From: Narcine bancroftii
Lineage: Eukaryota
Direction of reading: 5' to 3'
Assembly (NCBI RefSeq): GCF_036971445.1
Contig: NC_091480.1
Location: 81,158,001 to 81,222,000 of the forward strand
Length of the DNA: 64,000 nt
The notes beneath the pieces are model-generated. The model did not search any database, was not told the DNA's origin, and saw nothing but the letters and a program-made list of their open reading frames with translations. Below, in pieces: positions 37,135 through 64,000 of the stretch; positions within the stretch are counted from its first letter, which is position 1, and every line of letters begins with the position of its first letter. A program made the translations under genes and the position numbers.

Positions 37135-37640
37135 TATCAGAATCAGATTTGTTGTCATGAACATGTCACTAAATTTATTGTTTTGCAGCAGCGTCGTAAT
37201 GCAAGCATTTATATAAATCACCTTACAAAATAAATAAAAATAGTACAAGAGAAAGTCAAACTAAGGCAGTGTCTGTGGTTCATTGTTCATTCAGGAATCC
37301 AATGGCAGCGGGGAAGAAACTGCCCTTGTGCCACTGAGTGCTCGTTTTCAGGCTGCTGTACTTTTATGCCAATGGTAGCAGAGTGAAGAGGGCAAGGCCT
37401 GGGTGGTTGGGGTCCTTGATGGAGTGAAGTCTGGTGCCTGTGATGTTGCAGGCCCAGTTAACAACCCTCTGGAGTTTCTTCTTGTCCTGTGTATTGGAAC
37501 CTCTGTACCAGACAGTGATGCAGCCAGCCAGAATGCTCTCCAGGGTACACCTATGGAGTCTTTGGTGACATATTGAATCTCCTAAAAAAATATAGCTACT
37601 GGCAAGCCTTTCTTCTGATTGGATCAGCATGGAATATCAA
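37135..37640 (-). mobile_element. Rex/Babar LINE 3' end
   Basis: RCTLESILAGCITVWY...KLQRVVNWAC...DPNHPGLALFTLLP, with a (tcagaa)n tail. Confidence 0.8.
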
Positions 37641-38348
37641 CATGACAATAAAAGGAATCTTGAATCGAAAAAACCCTAGTCTTTCCCCCCTCCCCCCCAG
37701 GTTTGGGGAGTCTAAATCTAGAGGCCTAGATTTAATGTGAGGGGGAAAAGATTTAAAAGAGACCTGAGGGGTCACTTCTTGACACAGATGGTGGTGGGTG
37801 CATGGAGCGAGCTGGGGTGGTACGGGGAGGGACTTGTAAAGTTGAAAAGGCAGTTAGGCAGATGTATGGAGCTGTCTGCTGACCTAAGAAGTAAGGGAAG
37901 GGTATAAGAGAGATGTGGAATGAATGCAGACAGATGGGTCTAGATTGGGTCAGCATGGACTAGTTGGGCCGCAGGGCCTGTTTCCCTGCTGTTTATAAAA
38001 TGACTCGAGAAAATTGAAAAGTGGTTGGGGAAGGGGGTTATTCGCCAATGGATTAAAATTTAAAAAAAAACATGCAGGTGCTAGAAATCTGAGACAAATA
38101 AATGTTGGGAATCCCTCAGCAGGGCCAGGCAGCATGTGGGGAGAGAGGTGCCACCTTTCTCCAGGGTTGACCGCCCTAGCCTCTCTCCACAGAGGTTGCC
38201 TGGCCGGGTTTTGCTTCACTGCTCCATTGATGCCGATGCGGGATCCCGCGGGCTCCAGAGAGCCGTGCCCGAGCGCGCACGCCTCCGCGGGACGGGCCGA
38301 GTGGGAGCCCCGCTGGGTTTGCAGGGCTGCCGCTGTCAGTCCGGGGAG

Positions 38349-38384
<36 letters not shown>

Positions 38385-38484
38385 TGGTTGTGGGGGGGGG
38401 GGGGGGGGGGTGCTACGCTTGCCCCGGGACGGACTGGGAGGTGCGCTCCTGCCGCTGATGCTGGCCGCCCAGGAAGAAGATGGC

Positions 38485-52097
<13,613 letters not shown>

Positions 52098-52237
52098 CAA
52101 GCTCAGCGCCAGAGTGACTTGCAGCTCTCCTCGCCCCGCTCCACCTGAAGCTGATGCACCACCATCCCTGTTGGTGTAAAACGGGCCGTGTGTCTCTCAG
52201 TATTTATCACATTTCTCCATAAGCAAGGGTGCATGAA

Positions 52238-52247
52238 AATAAATAAA
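52238..52247 (+). terminator. KRT222 polyadenylation signal (overlapping AATAAA pair)
   Basis: aataaataaa about 140 nt after the stop. Confidence 0.7.
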
Positions 52248-53019
52248 ACAAGTGGCAAGTTACCTTGGAGAGGGGGCTGATCTTAGCAGCAGCGATGAGG
52301 GTCTAGGGACCTCTGCAGGCTTGGTGGTGGCTGCTCATCATCCACTGGCACAGGTTGGTTCCACGGTTAAGAGGGAACAGACAAATTGTCCCTGACATCC
52401 TGCTGACTATTGTGTCCAGGCTGGGAACTGTAATCTGGCATCTGTCAACACCAGGGGGAAACGAGTGAAATAAAAACTGATAAACAGACTCAATGTGATT
52501 ATACAAAGCCTGAAATTAATTCAGATCCTTAAATGGCTTCGTCCCCATAACAGTAACCTTCAATGAATGTATTTGAATATTGTTTTCTTTACTGTGAAAT
52601 ATATGTAACACTTACAAACACAGGCCAGGCCAGAGGGAGTGAATGTTGAATATTCCCCCCGCCCCCCCGCCTCCCGTTGGTGCGTAGGGGGGAGGTAGCT
52701 GTGTCAGTGAGTGCAGGACTGGAGAGAGGGGCTGGCCGGGGGCTTGTGGTTGAGTTTGTCTCTTGCTCATCTGGTCCCTGGGAGCCCCGGGCAAGGACAG
52801 TCCCCACTCAGTGTTGGAAAAGACAGCTGAAGGTGGATGAGAAAGGACAGGGTGCATGAAACTTAGAATGGTACCAGTGTACTTGGTCTTAGGGATGGAT
52901 AAGGGGCCTTCCTTTAGCTGTGGGCTCTGGATACTGACACACTATTGATGTCTCAGAAAAGAGCCACCTCTAAAGAATTCTCTGACAAGAGATGTTTCCT
53001 CTTGGTGAAAGTCTAAGAA

Positions 53020-53230
53020 TGGATCAGTGTAGGAGTCCAAGGACAGATCAGTGTAGGAGTTTAAGGACAGATCAGGGTCAGGGCAAGGACTGACTAGATT
53101 GCTTTAAAGACTAAGAACAGATCTTGTCGCAGTCCAAGAACAGATCAGCGTAGGAGTCTTAAGATAGATCAGTGCCTGAGTCTGTGGACAGTTAAGTGTC
53201 GTGGTCAAAGGACAGATCAGTGTCGGGGCA
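53020..53230. repeat. Degenerate ~24-bp tandem repeat
   Basis: ggacagatcagtgtaggagt(c/t)(c/t)aa units. Confidence 0.7.
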
Positions 53231-56200
53231 AACACTGCATTGCTTTAAGGTATTTGGTGATATGGCAATGTCAAATCATCCTGAAATGCCCACCATTCTT
53301 TTTCTCCCACTGATGTTGCTCAATATGATGAGTTCGTCCAGTGGATTGTATTGAGATTCAGACTGCAGCATCTGCAGGTTTCATTAAACTGAGTTCTATT
53401 TAATCCAACAGTTAAGTGACAGGGTCATAGAGTGGATAGGCCTGAGAGTTAACATTGAGGTCTAGTGATGGTGTGAGAGGTTAGGCTGTGGCTTGGGTCG
53501 GATCAGACCTCACACCATGTAAACCTGGCAGTCCACGGCAACTTTCAGCTGTCCCATTTACCTGAGCCACCTAACTACCCATGACTGGTGAGGTGATGCC
53601 TGGGTTGCCAGAGGAATTCCATTCATTATGCATTGGTCTGTGGGTCCTGGCTGTTCCTGAGCAAGGCTTGCCAATGGATGCAGGCAACCAAGAAAATTAG
53701 AACAGATACAGAGGAGCTTTGGAATTCCTGCATGTGATCTCTGCACTGCTGCAACCCCGGGGGACCCAGCTCTTTTTATTGCTTACTGCAGAATCCTTCA
53801 TTTTGCAGTCGTGCAATGTGGTGTGAAATCCAGCAAGACCTCTGGGTTTCTGACAGCATCAATTATAAGTATCCATGTATCTAGCAATCAAACAATGAAC
53901 ACCTTGAGAACTTCATGAGTGTCTTCAAAGGAATACTGCTGATACAAATGAGAGGACCATGGAGTAAAGGCTTGGTCAGAGAAGAGCCAATAAAGGGATG
54001 AAAGATAGATCTGGGGAGGATTCCTAATATATCAGGTTATGGATGCAGAAGGCATGGCCTGTGGGTACAGTGGTTCCCATAGTGACTTCCTCTCGTAACA
54101 CATTTTGTGCACTGTTGCACCAAATCTCCCCTCTCCAGTATGCAATAGGGACAAGTGCTGGCAATGAGAGGTGGAACTAACCACTCTCTTCCTGGCTTGA
54201 AAGCATTTAGTCCATCTGCCTCTATAAGCTCTTGTAGGAAGAAGCCATTCAGTTTGAACGGAGCTAATCCTTAATGCTATTGACCCACATTGGTTCCATG
54301 ACCCTTGTTTAGATTGACCATGGAGTTTCTACGTAGGCTTTTGGTATTTGATCCCAACAAAGCCATTCAGTCAAGTGTCTGCAGGTGCAGGTCACAGCTA
54401 AATGTGTGAAGCCTATATCCATATCTCAGCCGTTGCAAAATCTTAAAACTAACGATTGAATGTTGTGGAAATCTCCTATAAACTGAGATGGCGACTCTGT
54501 ACTACTGGAGCAGCCACACCATCCCTTTCCACTTTCCCACTGTCCCATCCCAGACAACCTGTGTAAACAAATGTCCTCTCAGACGGTCCTTGCATAACTT
54601 ACTTCTGCTTCAGATTTCTGGGTCCCAGGAATCTCAAAGCACAAAATCCAAGACAATTCGTGTCTCTTGTTTTCTTCCTTCTGTTCTCAAGGCATTAGGG
54701 CTGGAAAAACAAAGTGTTAATAATTATTTCTGTCACACTGGGGTCACAGGACTTTGGGATGTGGGTTTGGGTTTCAGACTGACAATTACATTTAGACCAT
54801 GTTTAGATAGTGGTTTCAAAATAACGAACATCCTTCAAACTTCACAAATGTTATCAAAGAACTACTGCAGAGCTGGTTAGAAGGACATTTAGGTCAGGCC
54901 TTTGGGAAAGGGATATGTAACAGAGGTGCAGGGATGGAAAATGTTGAGTTAAATTTACAACATGTAAAAAAGGGGACTCTATATCTGAACTAGTCTGAGC
55001 CCACCGGGGAATGCTTGCTCAGACTGTGTAGAGAACTTTACTCTGCATCTAATCTATGGTGTTCCTGTCCAGGGAGTGTGTGGTCAACGCAAAAACTTTG
55101 CATCAGACTTCCACTGGTTAATGCCCTTGAACCTTTTAATGCAACACTGTAGAGAATACTTTGCCCTTTTTATAAGTCATGTTGGTTAATGTCCCAGTGA
55201 GTATTCAGTGAGGCAGTGGAGAGAGAAACGTTATTCTTTATCCAAGTTGTACTGGGATATTGTCGAGAGAAACTGATGCATGTTAGTTAATGCTGTGGGA
55301 GGTTTAGTGGGAAAGTGTAAAATTTTACCCTGAATTTTGCATCTGACTTGATTCTGGTGCCTTTTTTTTTTTGTTGCTTCATTTACTATTGATTCCAAGA
55401 AAAACCTCAGACTTTAACTGGAAAACTAGTACCTCTGATTGGGATAAATATCCATCTCTGTTCAACTCTCGATGAATGGTGTTAGGTTAGGGAATGTGTT
55501 CAGTAAAACCAGCAACAGGACTGACTGTTTTGAATCAGAGGTTCTTGGAATTTGCAGCATGAACTTTCAATCCACCCTAAAGATCTGTGAAGTGTTCTTG
55601 AAAAGTTTGAATGAAGTTTCATAATCTCTAGGACAGCACAATAGAGGAAACATTCAAATTCTTGCCAAGCTTTTCCTTAACCATGCTTGCAATGGGTATA
55701 TAAAACAGACCTGAATTCTATATATAATATTGTGATGTCTTATTGCAAGTTAAATTACTGCTGTTGAGGTGTGGAACCTATATTTACTGACAGTGTTGAA
55801 CTACTGAATAAAATATTGTTTCTATGGCTTCTCATGATCATTTAATAATGATAAATCCCAATCATCAATTATGTTTTTATTAACATAGAACTTGTTTTTT
55901 TTTTCTGTTCTGAAGTGTCTCCCACCCATCTTGGGAGTGGTCTTTCACACAGGAATGACCAAAACTCCAAATATCTGTACCACACTGCGAGTTTAGACAG
56001 AATATCTGAAGTGCGGTATTTACATCCTATTCATTAGCCCGTTGGTCGCAGATCACCTACAGTTCAGTTTATACTGCAGGTGATCCGTGAAAAAAACTAG
56101 GGGTCGTGGAGGTAAAATTTCGTAACGGGAATTCCCATTACGATCTTTTTACACAGACTGCCTTCTGGAAAATTGGGAATAATTTCCCGGAACACAGGGG

Positions 56201-57045
56201 CTGCGTAAAAAACATAGTTGGTAAAAATTAAAAAGGTTTCTGATGTGTGAATGAAGTGGTGCTATTCCTAAGGCTAACTTCGTGATGAAGAGTGCTAACT
56301 CACTTTACTCAGACCTAACAACAAAAGATTGGAATACTGTTTCTTTGTCACTTCTTCATGTATGTACTGCAGATGTCCAAAGTCTGAAATAAAATTAGAA
56401 AATACTGGTCAGGTTGTCTCTGTGGAGAAAGTTAAACCATTAATGTTCCAGATAACTCTATAACTCAACAGCTTCTTTAAAAAAGTTTCAATCCAATTCA
56501 ATCTGTTGAGGCTTACTTGGTAAAATGCCCTTTCAGAAGGAGTTGGCACTGCATTTAGTCAATAAATTCCCTTTGAAAATTATTTAGGTTGTATTTTGTC
56601 ATTAATTCTGTTAAAACCTGTTTTGTGGGTGTATCTATTTTTTATCATATGCTACAGGTTCCTTGCATGAAGTGTGAATATGTGTACAGTATGTTTGTGT
56701 GTGAGAGTCAGGGAATTGGTGGGCTGAGGCAGGGAGGAAACAAGAATGGTATGATGATTTGTGCCCGGTTTAATTAGTTCACAGTTCACATTAATAAGGA
56801 TAGGTGGCTTTACACATCAGTTAAAAAGTCTTTATGTATTCCCCTGTAACAATGGCTAGCTCTTGGAGCTGTCCCATCAGTCCCATTCTCCTATTTATTT
56901 TCTTGCCACATGCCAATCAACTTCTTTCCAAATCTCCTACCAGCTGTTTACGTTGGAAGTAATTTGTAATCATCACCAGGGGAAAAGTCACATGATTGCA
57001 GGGAGAATGTGCAAACTTTACACTGGCAGACCTTCTGTTAGGATG

Positions 57046-57221
57046 GAACCCAGATTATTGAAGCTAGAAGGAAGCAGCTCTACTGATGTGCCACTGTGTT
57101 ACCGTTTGACCATAAAGTGCTTGAAAGGAGATGGACCCCAGATTATTGAAGCTAGAAGGAAGCAGGTCTACTGATGTGCCACTGTGTTACCGTTTGACCA
57201 TAAAGTGCTTGAAAGGAGATG
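57046..57221. repeat. 88-bp direct tandem duplication
   Basis: cagattattgaagctagaaggaagcag...tgcttgaaaggagatg begins at both 57051 and 57139. Confidence 0.9.
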
Positions 57222-57409
57222 CATTAATGGAAGTTAATCCTATTGAATGAATTTGAGAGTTTATTGTCATATATAGAAGTACAATGTACAGGTGCACTGA
57301 ACCTCTTTCTACAGCCATACAGGTATGTTGAACACAAAAAAGAGTAGTATAAATTTCAATGATCACAATTGCTGATGTTATTAAGAAGGCGCATGGTGTG
57401 ATCGAGTTC

Positions 57410-57860
57410 AAGAGCCATAAGCGTTACAATATAGAGCCTACTTGGAATATTGTGTTCATTTCTGGTCACCTCATTACAGGAAAGATGTCGATGCTATAGA
57501 GGAGGTTCAGAGGAGATTTCCAAGGTTGATGCCTGGATTGAAGAGCATGCACTATGAAGATAAGCTGAGTGAGCTTGGTCTTTTCTCCTTGAGAGATGAC
57601 CTGATAGAGGTGTACGAGATGATGAGAGGCATTGATCATGTGGATGGTCAGAGGCTTTTTCCCAGGACTGAAATGACTAACAGGAAGGGGCAGAGTTTTA
57701 AAGTCCTTGGGATTAAGTACAAGGGGGATGTAAAAGGTACATTTTTCACATAGAGAGTGGTGAGGGCATGGAATGCACTGCCAAACACGGTGGTGGAGGA
57801 GGGTACAATAGAATCTTTTAAGAGTATTATATAGGTGCATGGAACAATGGAGGGTTATGT
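57410..57860 (+). mobile_element. CR1 LINE 3' fragment
   Basis: LEYCVHFWSPHYRKDVDAIEEVQRRFPRLMPGL...DLIEVYEMMRG. Confidence 0.85.
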
Positions 57861-60800
57861 AGTCGGGACATTCTAGGCAGTTGTAAGAGTAAGTTATTAG
57901 GTCGACACAACACGGTATACTGTGCTAAACTTCTATATGTTCCAATATGCAATGAGACAGAAAAAGAGATAATACATATAAAAGGATAAATAAATAAACA
58001 GTTGCAGTTAGTGCAAAAACAAAAGTGATATTTCAATAGTGCAGACAGATCTTTCGGTGGTCCTGGAGTAGAACCCTAAATAATCCTTTAGTGACTATAT
58101 GCAGTTTAGTTATTCAAGCTAAAAAACATTTGGTTAAACACAAAAAAATTTTTTAATGATTGTCCTTCTGACCTTTTAAGTGACCTGATTTTAAATTGAT
58201 GTAATTTTTTTTTCAAAATTGTACTTAATATTTTAATAGTTTTCATTAAAGCATAGAGTCATTTTCTTGGTGATTTTATTAATATTGAAAATTCTCATCC
58301 GTAACTGCTGGTGTCTTTAACTCCCCAAAAAATAGGATCAATACGAATAGCTGCTCTAATATTTGTGACTGATGATCATTTGGCATCCTCTTTTCTTCCA
58401 TCTGGCCTGAGGCATTTTTTGTAGGCAGGGTAATTAAATTATTTTTCTACCAGATGTACAAAATTTGTGTTGGATGAAACTTAGGTTTGAATCTTAGATC
58501 TCTTGCACCAGTTCAGTTGGTTTAACGTGGATGGCACTCAACCAACAAAACACAAGGCTATAATTATAAGATAATGGGCAACACAGTTAGTACAACACTA
58601 TTTCAGCACCCGCGAGCCGGGTTGCTGTCTGTAAGTAGACTGTACACTATGTTCTGCCTTTTACTGCATAGGTTTCCTCCGGGTTCTCCAGTTTCCTCCA
58701 ACCCTTCAAAACATACGGCATTTGTAGCTTAATTAGTCATGTGGTGTAATTGGGTGGTATGGGCTCATGGGGCGGAAGGGCTTGTTACCATAATCGATCT
58801 CAATTAAATTAAATTAAATCATAACAACGTGAGTTTGTTGTTATATACATTGTATAATATACAGATACACTGAAATTCTTACTTGCTGCATGAAAACAAC
58901 TTCAGTAGTGCAACGCTGTTACAGTGTCAGCGAACGGGGTTTGAATCTGGCCTATCTGTAAGGAGTATGTATGTTCTCTCTGTATCTGAGGGAGTTTCTT
59001 TCACTGCTTCAGTTTCTTCCCACTGTTCAAAAACATACCAGGGTTATCGGTCAACTGGGAGCAAATGGGTGGCACGGACTCGTGGGCCGAAAGGGCCTGT
59101 TACCGCGCTGTAAGTCTAAATATAAAAAAATTTAAATTTAACATTTAATTTAATTATGATTTGTACATCAAATTAAATAGAATTTATTTAGCATTATTAT
59201 AGAGCTTCCAGATAGAATAATCTATAAATAAATGTGAATATCAGTGTTGATACTTGCTGAACTACAACCTTGAAGTTTGAAAGAGATAGCTGTAAAGATG
59301 GTGGGTACATTGGTTAGCACCTTTCAAAACTTTATAGATTGTAAAATTGTTCCTGAAATAAACTGGGGCTATCACAAATGGTCTGTTTTAATTAGTATGA
59401 AGCACAGGGCAGAGAAAGATTTGCATTTATATTGTGCCTTTCATATCACTTCCCAAAACACTTTATATCCAATAAAGTACTAGAAACATGTTGACAGCTG
59501 TGACACAGAACATATACTAATCAAGTTCCACATAACAAACTCTTCAGCAATATTCACTGAGATAAGTGCTTGACTGGGAGAACTCTCTGTTCTTCATTAA
59601 TACAGTAGTGCATTTTTTTCTCTGCATTCAGGATATCTGAAAGACAGTACCTCAACCAATACAGCATTCTCCAGGGCCTGGGCATTCGTAATCAGGATAG
59701 GTGCAGACAGGCTATAAAAGCAGCTCACATATACAGATGTTGTGCATTGCATTGATATAGACTGAATGCATGTCAGTGCACATGTACTTCAGGCAATAGC
59801 ATAATGTGTGTACCTAACAGAATTTATTGTCTTCAGGAAGATTCAATACAGCAGAAATGTCTTGTCAATGTCACAACAACCATGATACATTCTGTGACAT
59901 TTGTGGCGAGTATAGGCTCAAAGATGTAGCATGACTGCACATATTAAGAGTGCCTATGAGTTCTACTTCAGTTGAAAAATTGGTAATCAAGACAAATCCT
60001 GGGCCCCTCTCATTTGTTGTGCAACATGTGCAGTCAACTTGAGAGCAATGGCTCAGAGATACTCTGAAGTCAATAAAAGTTAATTTAATGTTTCTCCAAC
60101 TTCCTACATGACACAGCAAGTTGAAATTATCTTTGTGTTCAGCTTGAATTTGTCAGTTATAATTCACCATTTCTTTTCAGGAAGCAAACCTCTAGAAAAA
60201 CTTGTTGCCCGGTGTAATTTTAGCCTTGCAATGAAATGACTGAGCTGAATGTATTGAGGCATATACAAAAAAAGTTTAAACTCTCATGGTTGGGCAAAGG
60301 AATGCAGGTTTACATCAATAATGAGCACATTTTTAAACTGATTTCAGGAATTTTTAGTCTAGGCACATTGAAATGAGCAGACGGTGTTAAATTAGTTAAC
60401 ACTTGGTTCAGTCTTAAGATGCAAGAGGTTTATTTGCATACAGCTTGAAGGCTTTTTCAGAGTTACACGTAGTCATGGTTTCATGTTAACTGCATTCCCC
60501 ACAAAGGGCAGAAAGCAGATTGTTGATACATTTATTACTAATATTTGGTGCACAATGCAGAACTATGAGGTTATTCAACTGGTCACTTGCTCCACAAAAA
60601 CTATTCAGTTAAAGCATTTATCCTGGGGTTATTCTCCTACCATCCATTACAGTCATCTCTGCCTCAAGAAGGCAGCCAACATCATACACCACCTTGGTCA
60701 CCACCTCTTCTCACATCTACCTTTGGGCAGAAGGTACAGGAGCCTGAAGACCAGCACCTCTTTCCAACCTCTATCAAGCTCTTGAACCTTCCCTTGTTTT

Positions 60801-61719
60801 AGTCTGCTTGGACACCACAAAAGAACTGTCTGCACTATTGCAAATTCCCTTTTTTGCATGAGGATAACTATGAATATTTAACATGTATCTATCTTTTGTA
60901 TTTGTTGTCTCTTTTTAATTCAAATTATGTATAGTGTTATAGACTTTTTTTTAAATGAAGCACCTGTTCGGCTTCAAGAAGTAAGAATTTCTGTACATAA
61001 GTCACAAAAAAAAACTTCATTATCATAATACTCTAAACAAATTTTCTTCTTGTTCCTAACCTGAGGCTGGTAAATGCTGGGAGGGATTCCATAGCTGGTT
61101 CTTCTGCAATATAATTGATGCCTTCTGGCCCTTCAAAAAATTAATGACTCCTGTTATAGGTGGCCACTGCAGGAAATGCAATTTCTTGTGGAGAACTGAC
61201 AAATAATGATTTATGTGCGAGGCTTACCATAACTGGGTTCCGATATTTTACCCTGGTGTTGAAGAAATGGAGATCTATTTCATGGATCTGAAAGAGTATT
61301 TTGGTGTTCCCAAAAGGCTGCTACCATTGATGGGTGAAGTTACATGTTCAGAGATTTTGGAATAACTTAGGCGTGTAACGGTATATTTTCTACAGCATGT
61401 ATACTACATATATAGACTCTTTACACTGGTAATAGGGAAGATGAATCTCTGCAATGACATAGTGTTAATCGAGTGGGTTGCTTTTTCTTGCATGGTCTAG
61501 GAGCTACACTCATGTGGAGATTATTTACCTGGTGTTCCTTGCAGAATGAGGAAATTTTGGGGACGATCCTCTCACTATAGGATACCCAGCCTCTGATCTG
61601 CTCTTGTCACCATGATTTTCTTTGGCTGATCTAGTTCAGTTTCTGCCATGTGATGATCTCCAGGTTGTTGATGGGAGTTGGCAATGGGCATGTACTGAAG
61701 AGCAGGTATGAAATTTTCA

Positions 61720-62120
61720 TTTCACCCTATTAATCCCTCATAATTTTATAAACCTGCATCAGGTTACTCCTCGGCCTCCTATACTTCAGAGAAAACTGCC
61801 TAAATTTGTCCAACTTCGACCCATAACTCATACCCTTTAAACGAGGAAACATTCCTGGTAAACATCTTCTGCACCTTTTCCAAGCCTCTGTAAACTTCCT
61901 GTAAAAAGACGACCAGAATTGTAACCCAGTTTTATATCACTGCAACGTGACTTCCTTATTTTTGTACTCAATCCCCTGTCCAGTGAAGCCAAGTGTACCA
62001 TACACCTTCTTTACCACCCTATTTACTTGGATGTCCACTTTTAATGAGGACCATGACCCTAGATCCCTATGCATATCAATGCTTTTGAGAGTCCTAGCAT
62101 TAACTTCAGACTTTCTCCTT
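61720..62120 (-). mobile_element. CR1 LINE fragment
   Basis: RDLGSWSSLKVDIQVNRVVKKVYGTLGFTGQGIEYKNKEVTLQ. Confidence 0.75.
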
Positions 62121-62389
62121 ATATTTGACCACCCATCATTTCTCTGCCTACATCTGTACCCATATTCTTTATTTGTTTCTTCTGGATCCATTTGCAGTGC
62201 CTAAGTTGGGACAATAACACCAGAAGGTCCAGAGACAGGCCGGGAGTGATGCACCGGCCCTGGCAGAGCAGTTAACCGGGCCACCATAGGACTGGCGGCC
62301 CTCAGCTCCCCAGCTCAGGGCACCCAGACACTGGGTTCCCCGCACCGCCCTGGGCTGTTGCTTAGCTAAACAAAGGAACTGACTGGGGA

Positions 62390-63025
62390 CTTCTGGAAGG
62401 GGAAAATGAAGAAAACACAAATTAGTTTTCATCAAGGGGTAAGCAATGGAGAAGGTTAAGAACTTCACATTTCTGAGTGTCCACATCCCTGGAGATCTAT
62501 CTTGGGACCTTCATGTTGAAGAAGACTCACCAGAGGCCATACTTTGTAAGGAGTTTGAGGAAATTTGGCATGCCACCAAAGTTTCTTGCAAATTTCTACA
62601 TGTATTGTGTGCACAGCATTCAGGCGGGTCGTGTCACTGTCTGGTATGGAAGTGCCAATGCACAGGGCGGGGGTAGGATTATTAACACATCACAGCCACC
62701 AGTCTTCACTCCATCGAGGACATCTACATGAGGCGGTGTCTTAAAAAAGCAACCTCAATCCTCAAGGTCCCTGGCTATGCCTTGGTCACGCTGCTGCCAT
62801 TGGGAAGGAGGTGCAGGAGTCTGAAGACGAGCAGCCGCCAGCGACACAAGGACGGCATCTTCCCCTCCGCCATCAGATTCCTGAATGATCAATGAACCAC
62901 AGGCGCCGCCTGCTTCTGCACGAAATTATTTTTTAAATGCCACTTACAGCAGAGTTTGCACCGTGACGCTGCCGCAAAACAACGAATTTTGTGACATGTT
63001 CATGACAATAAATTCTGATTCTGCT
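62390..63025 (+). mobile_element. Rex/Babar LINE 3' end
   Basis: EKVKNFTFLSVHI and YFVRSLRKFGM...LANFY remnants; tail aataaattctgattctg. Confidence 0.8.
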
Positions 63026-63199
63026 CCTCCGGAGGGAGGAGAGACTCAAAGCGAATGAAACTTCCGACAGCGGCAACAGATTCTCCACAGGAGCTGATGC
63101 AAAAATAAAATCTACAAACACTTAACACACCAGAATCGTCATTTTCACAACATTTCTCATGACCGCATTATTGCTTTATAGTTATTTTGCAAAAGACAC

Positions 63200-63640
63200 A
63201 TTTAATCATTGTTCGTGTCGAATGTCAGGTTCCTAATCACAAAGCTGATTCGCTTCGGAGCCACTCTTTCACACAAGCCGCAGATTCGACCAAAGGTATT
63301 TGTTAATTTTATAAATTCCAGGCGGGGCGCCGGGGATGGCGGTTGGTGGCGGACGGAGCTACATAGGCCTCGGGGGGTGTGCGGCTGGTGCGGTGATTTT
63401 TACCGCCAGCGGGGTATGAACGGTGTGTGGTGTGGAATGTTGCGGCAGTGCTCGTCTCCCCGCCCCGCTGGCGGACAATAGGCACCGATCCCGCCGTGTA
63501 AGTCTGCGCCCTGCCTCGTGCTGCCGTCCGCCAAGAGCGCGCGTATGGGGGGATGCGGATGGTGGGGGGGAGTAGAGGGCGAGAGAGGGGGGAGCGCGCT
63601 TCAGACTGCTGACCCACCCCCGGCTCAAGGCCAGGGGTCA
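63200..63640 (+). promoter_or_regulatory. CpG-island promoter and non-coding first exon (donor GTAAGT at 63498) of the next gene, probably SMARCE1
   Basis: Dense CpG, GC boxes (ggcgggg, ccccgcccc) and a consensus 5' splice site. Gene identity is inferred only from the conserved KRT222-SMARCE1 order in vertebrates. Confidence 0.55.
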
Positions 63641-63675
63641 CATCCTCTCCTGGGTCAGTGTCTAATCAGGGGTCC

Positions 63676-64000
63676 GCTGTGGGATCCACCCCAGTCCCTA
63701 GGGTGAGGGCAGCCTCTCCGGGTTGTGGGATCCATCCCAGTCCCTAGGGTGAGGGCAGCCTCTCTGGGCTGTGGGATCCACCTCTGTCCCTTGGGTGAGG
63801 GCAGCCTCTCCGGGTTGTGGGATCCATCCCAGTCCCTAGGGTGAGGGCAGCCTCTCTGGGCTGTGGGATCCACCTCTGTCCCTTGGGTGAGGGCAGCCTC
63901 TCTGGGCTGTGGGATCCACCTCTGTCCCTTGGGTGAGGGCAGCCTCTCTGGGCTGTGGGATCCATCCCAGTCCCTAGGGTGAGGGCAACCTCTACAGCCT
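63676..64000. repeat. 46-bp minisatellite with two unit variants
   Basis: Units start at 63701, 63747, 63793, 63839, 63885, 63931 and 63977 (gggtgagggcagcctct...). Confidence 0.95.

Noticed and set aside
38014-38484. Long N-terminal extension of KRT222 implied by the 387-aa ORF
   Set aside because: It runs through repeat-derived sequence, (GT)n and poly-G. The MEL start at 38485 gives the expected 96-nt exon. An in-frame ATG at 38458 cannot be excluded.
54970-55330. Faint repeated gtgtagagaactttactctg-like units
   Set aside because: Probably decayed copies of a common satellite; too degenerate to define a unit by eye.
63655-63965. Minus-strand repetitive ORFs (RGCPHPRD...)
   Set aside because: They are translations of the 46-bp minisatellite.

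Overview
Eukaryotic, repeat-rich vertebrate DNA. The repeat repertoire (CR1, Rex/Babar, L1, Tx1, RTE, Penelope, V-SINE-like) suggests a cartilaginous fish, possibly a ray; this is an inference. The window covers the distal end of the type I keratin cluster, with all genes on the + strand. In order: (1) the last two exons of an upstream type I keratin (1071-1132, 2626-2729); (2) a complete 8-exon type I keratin (CDS 17838-28869, 440 aa) with canonical 83/157/162/126/221-nt rod exons; (3) a complete 6-exon KRT222 (CDS 38485-52097, 276 aa); (4) a CpG island with a splice donor near 63.5 kb, probably the first exon of SMARCE1 by synteny. The most unexpected items are: a disabled copy of what looks like the first coding exon of axonemal dynein DNAH10 with an upstream RFX X-box (4855-5165); an L1 with twin-priming-type inversion geometry whose ORF1 holds an ERV-like solo LTR (about 30-34.8 kb); a very young RTE insertion with a perfect 9-bp TSD inside a SINE; and a KRT222 intron 1 that is in-frame, stop-free and made of a Pro-coding 30-bp repeat. 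Most ORFs in the supplied track are spurious or transposon remnants. Homology calls come from recalled sequences rather than searches, and repeat boundaries are approximate. I see no clearly new biological system.
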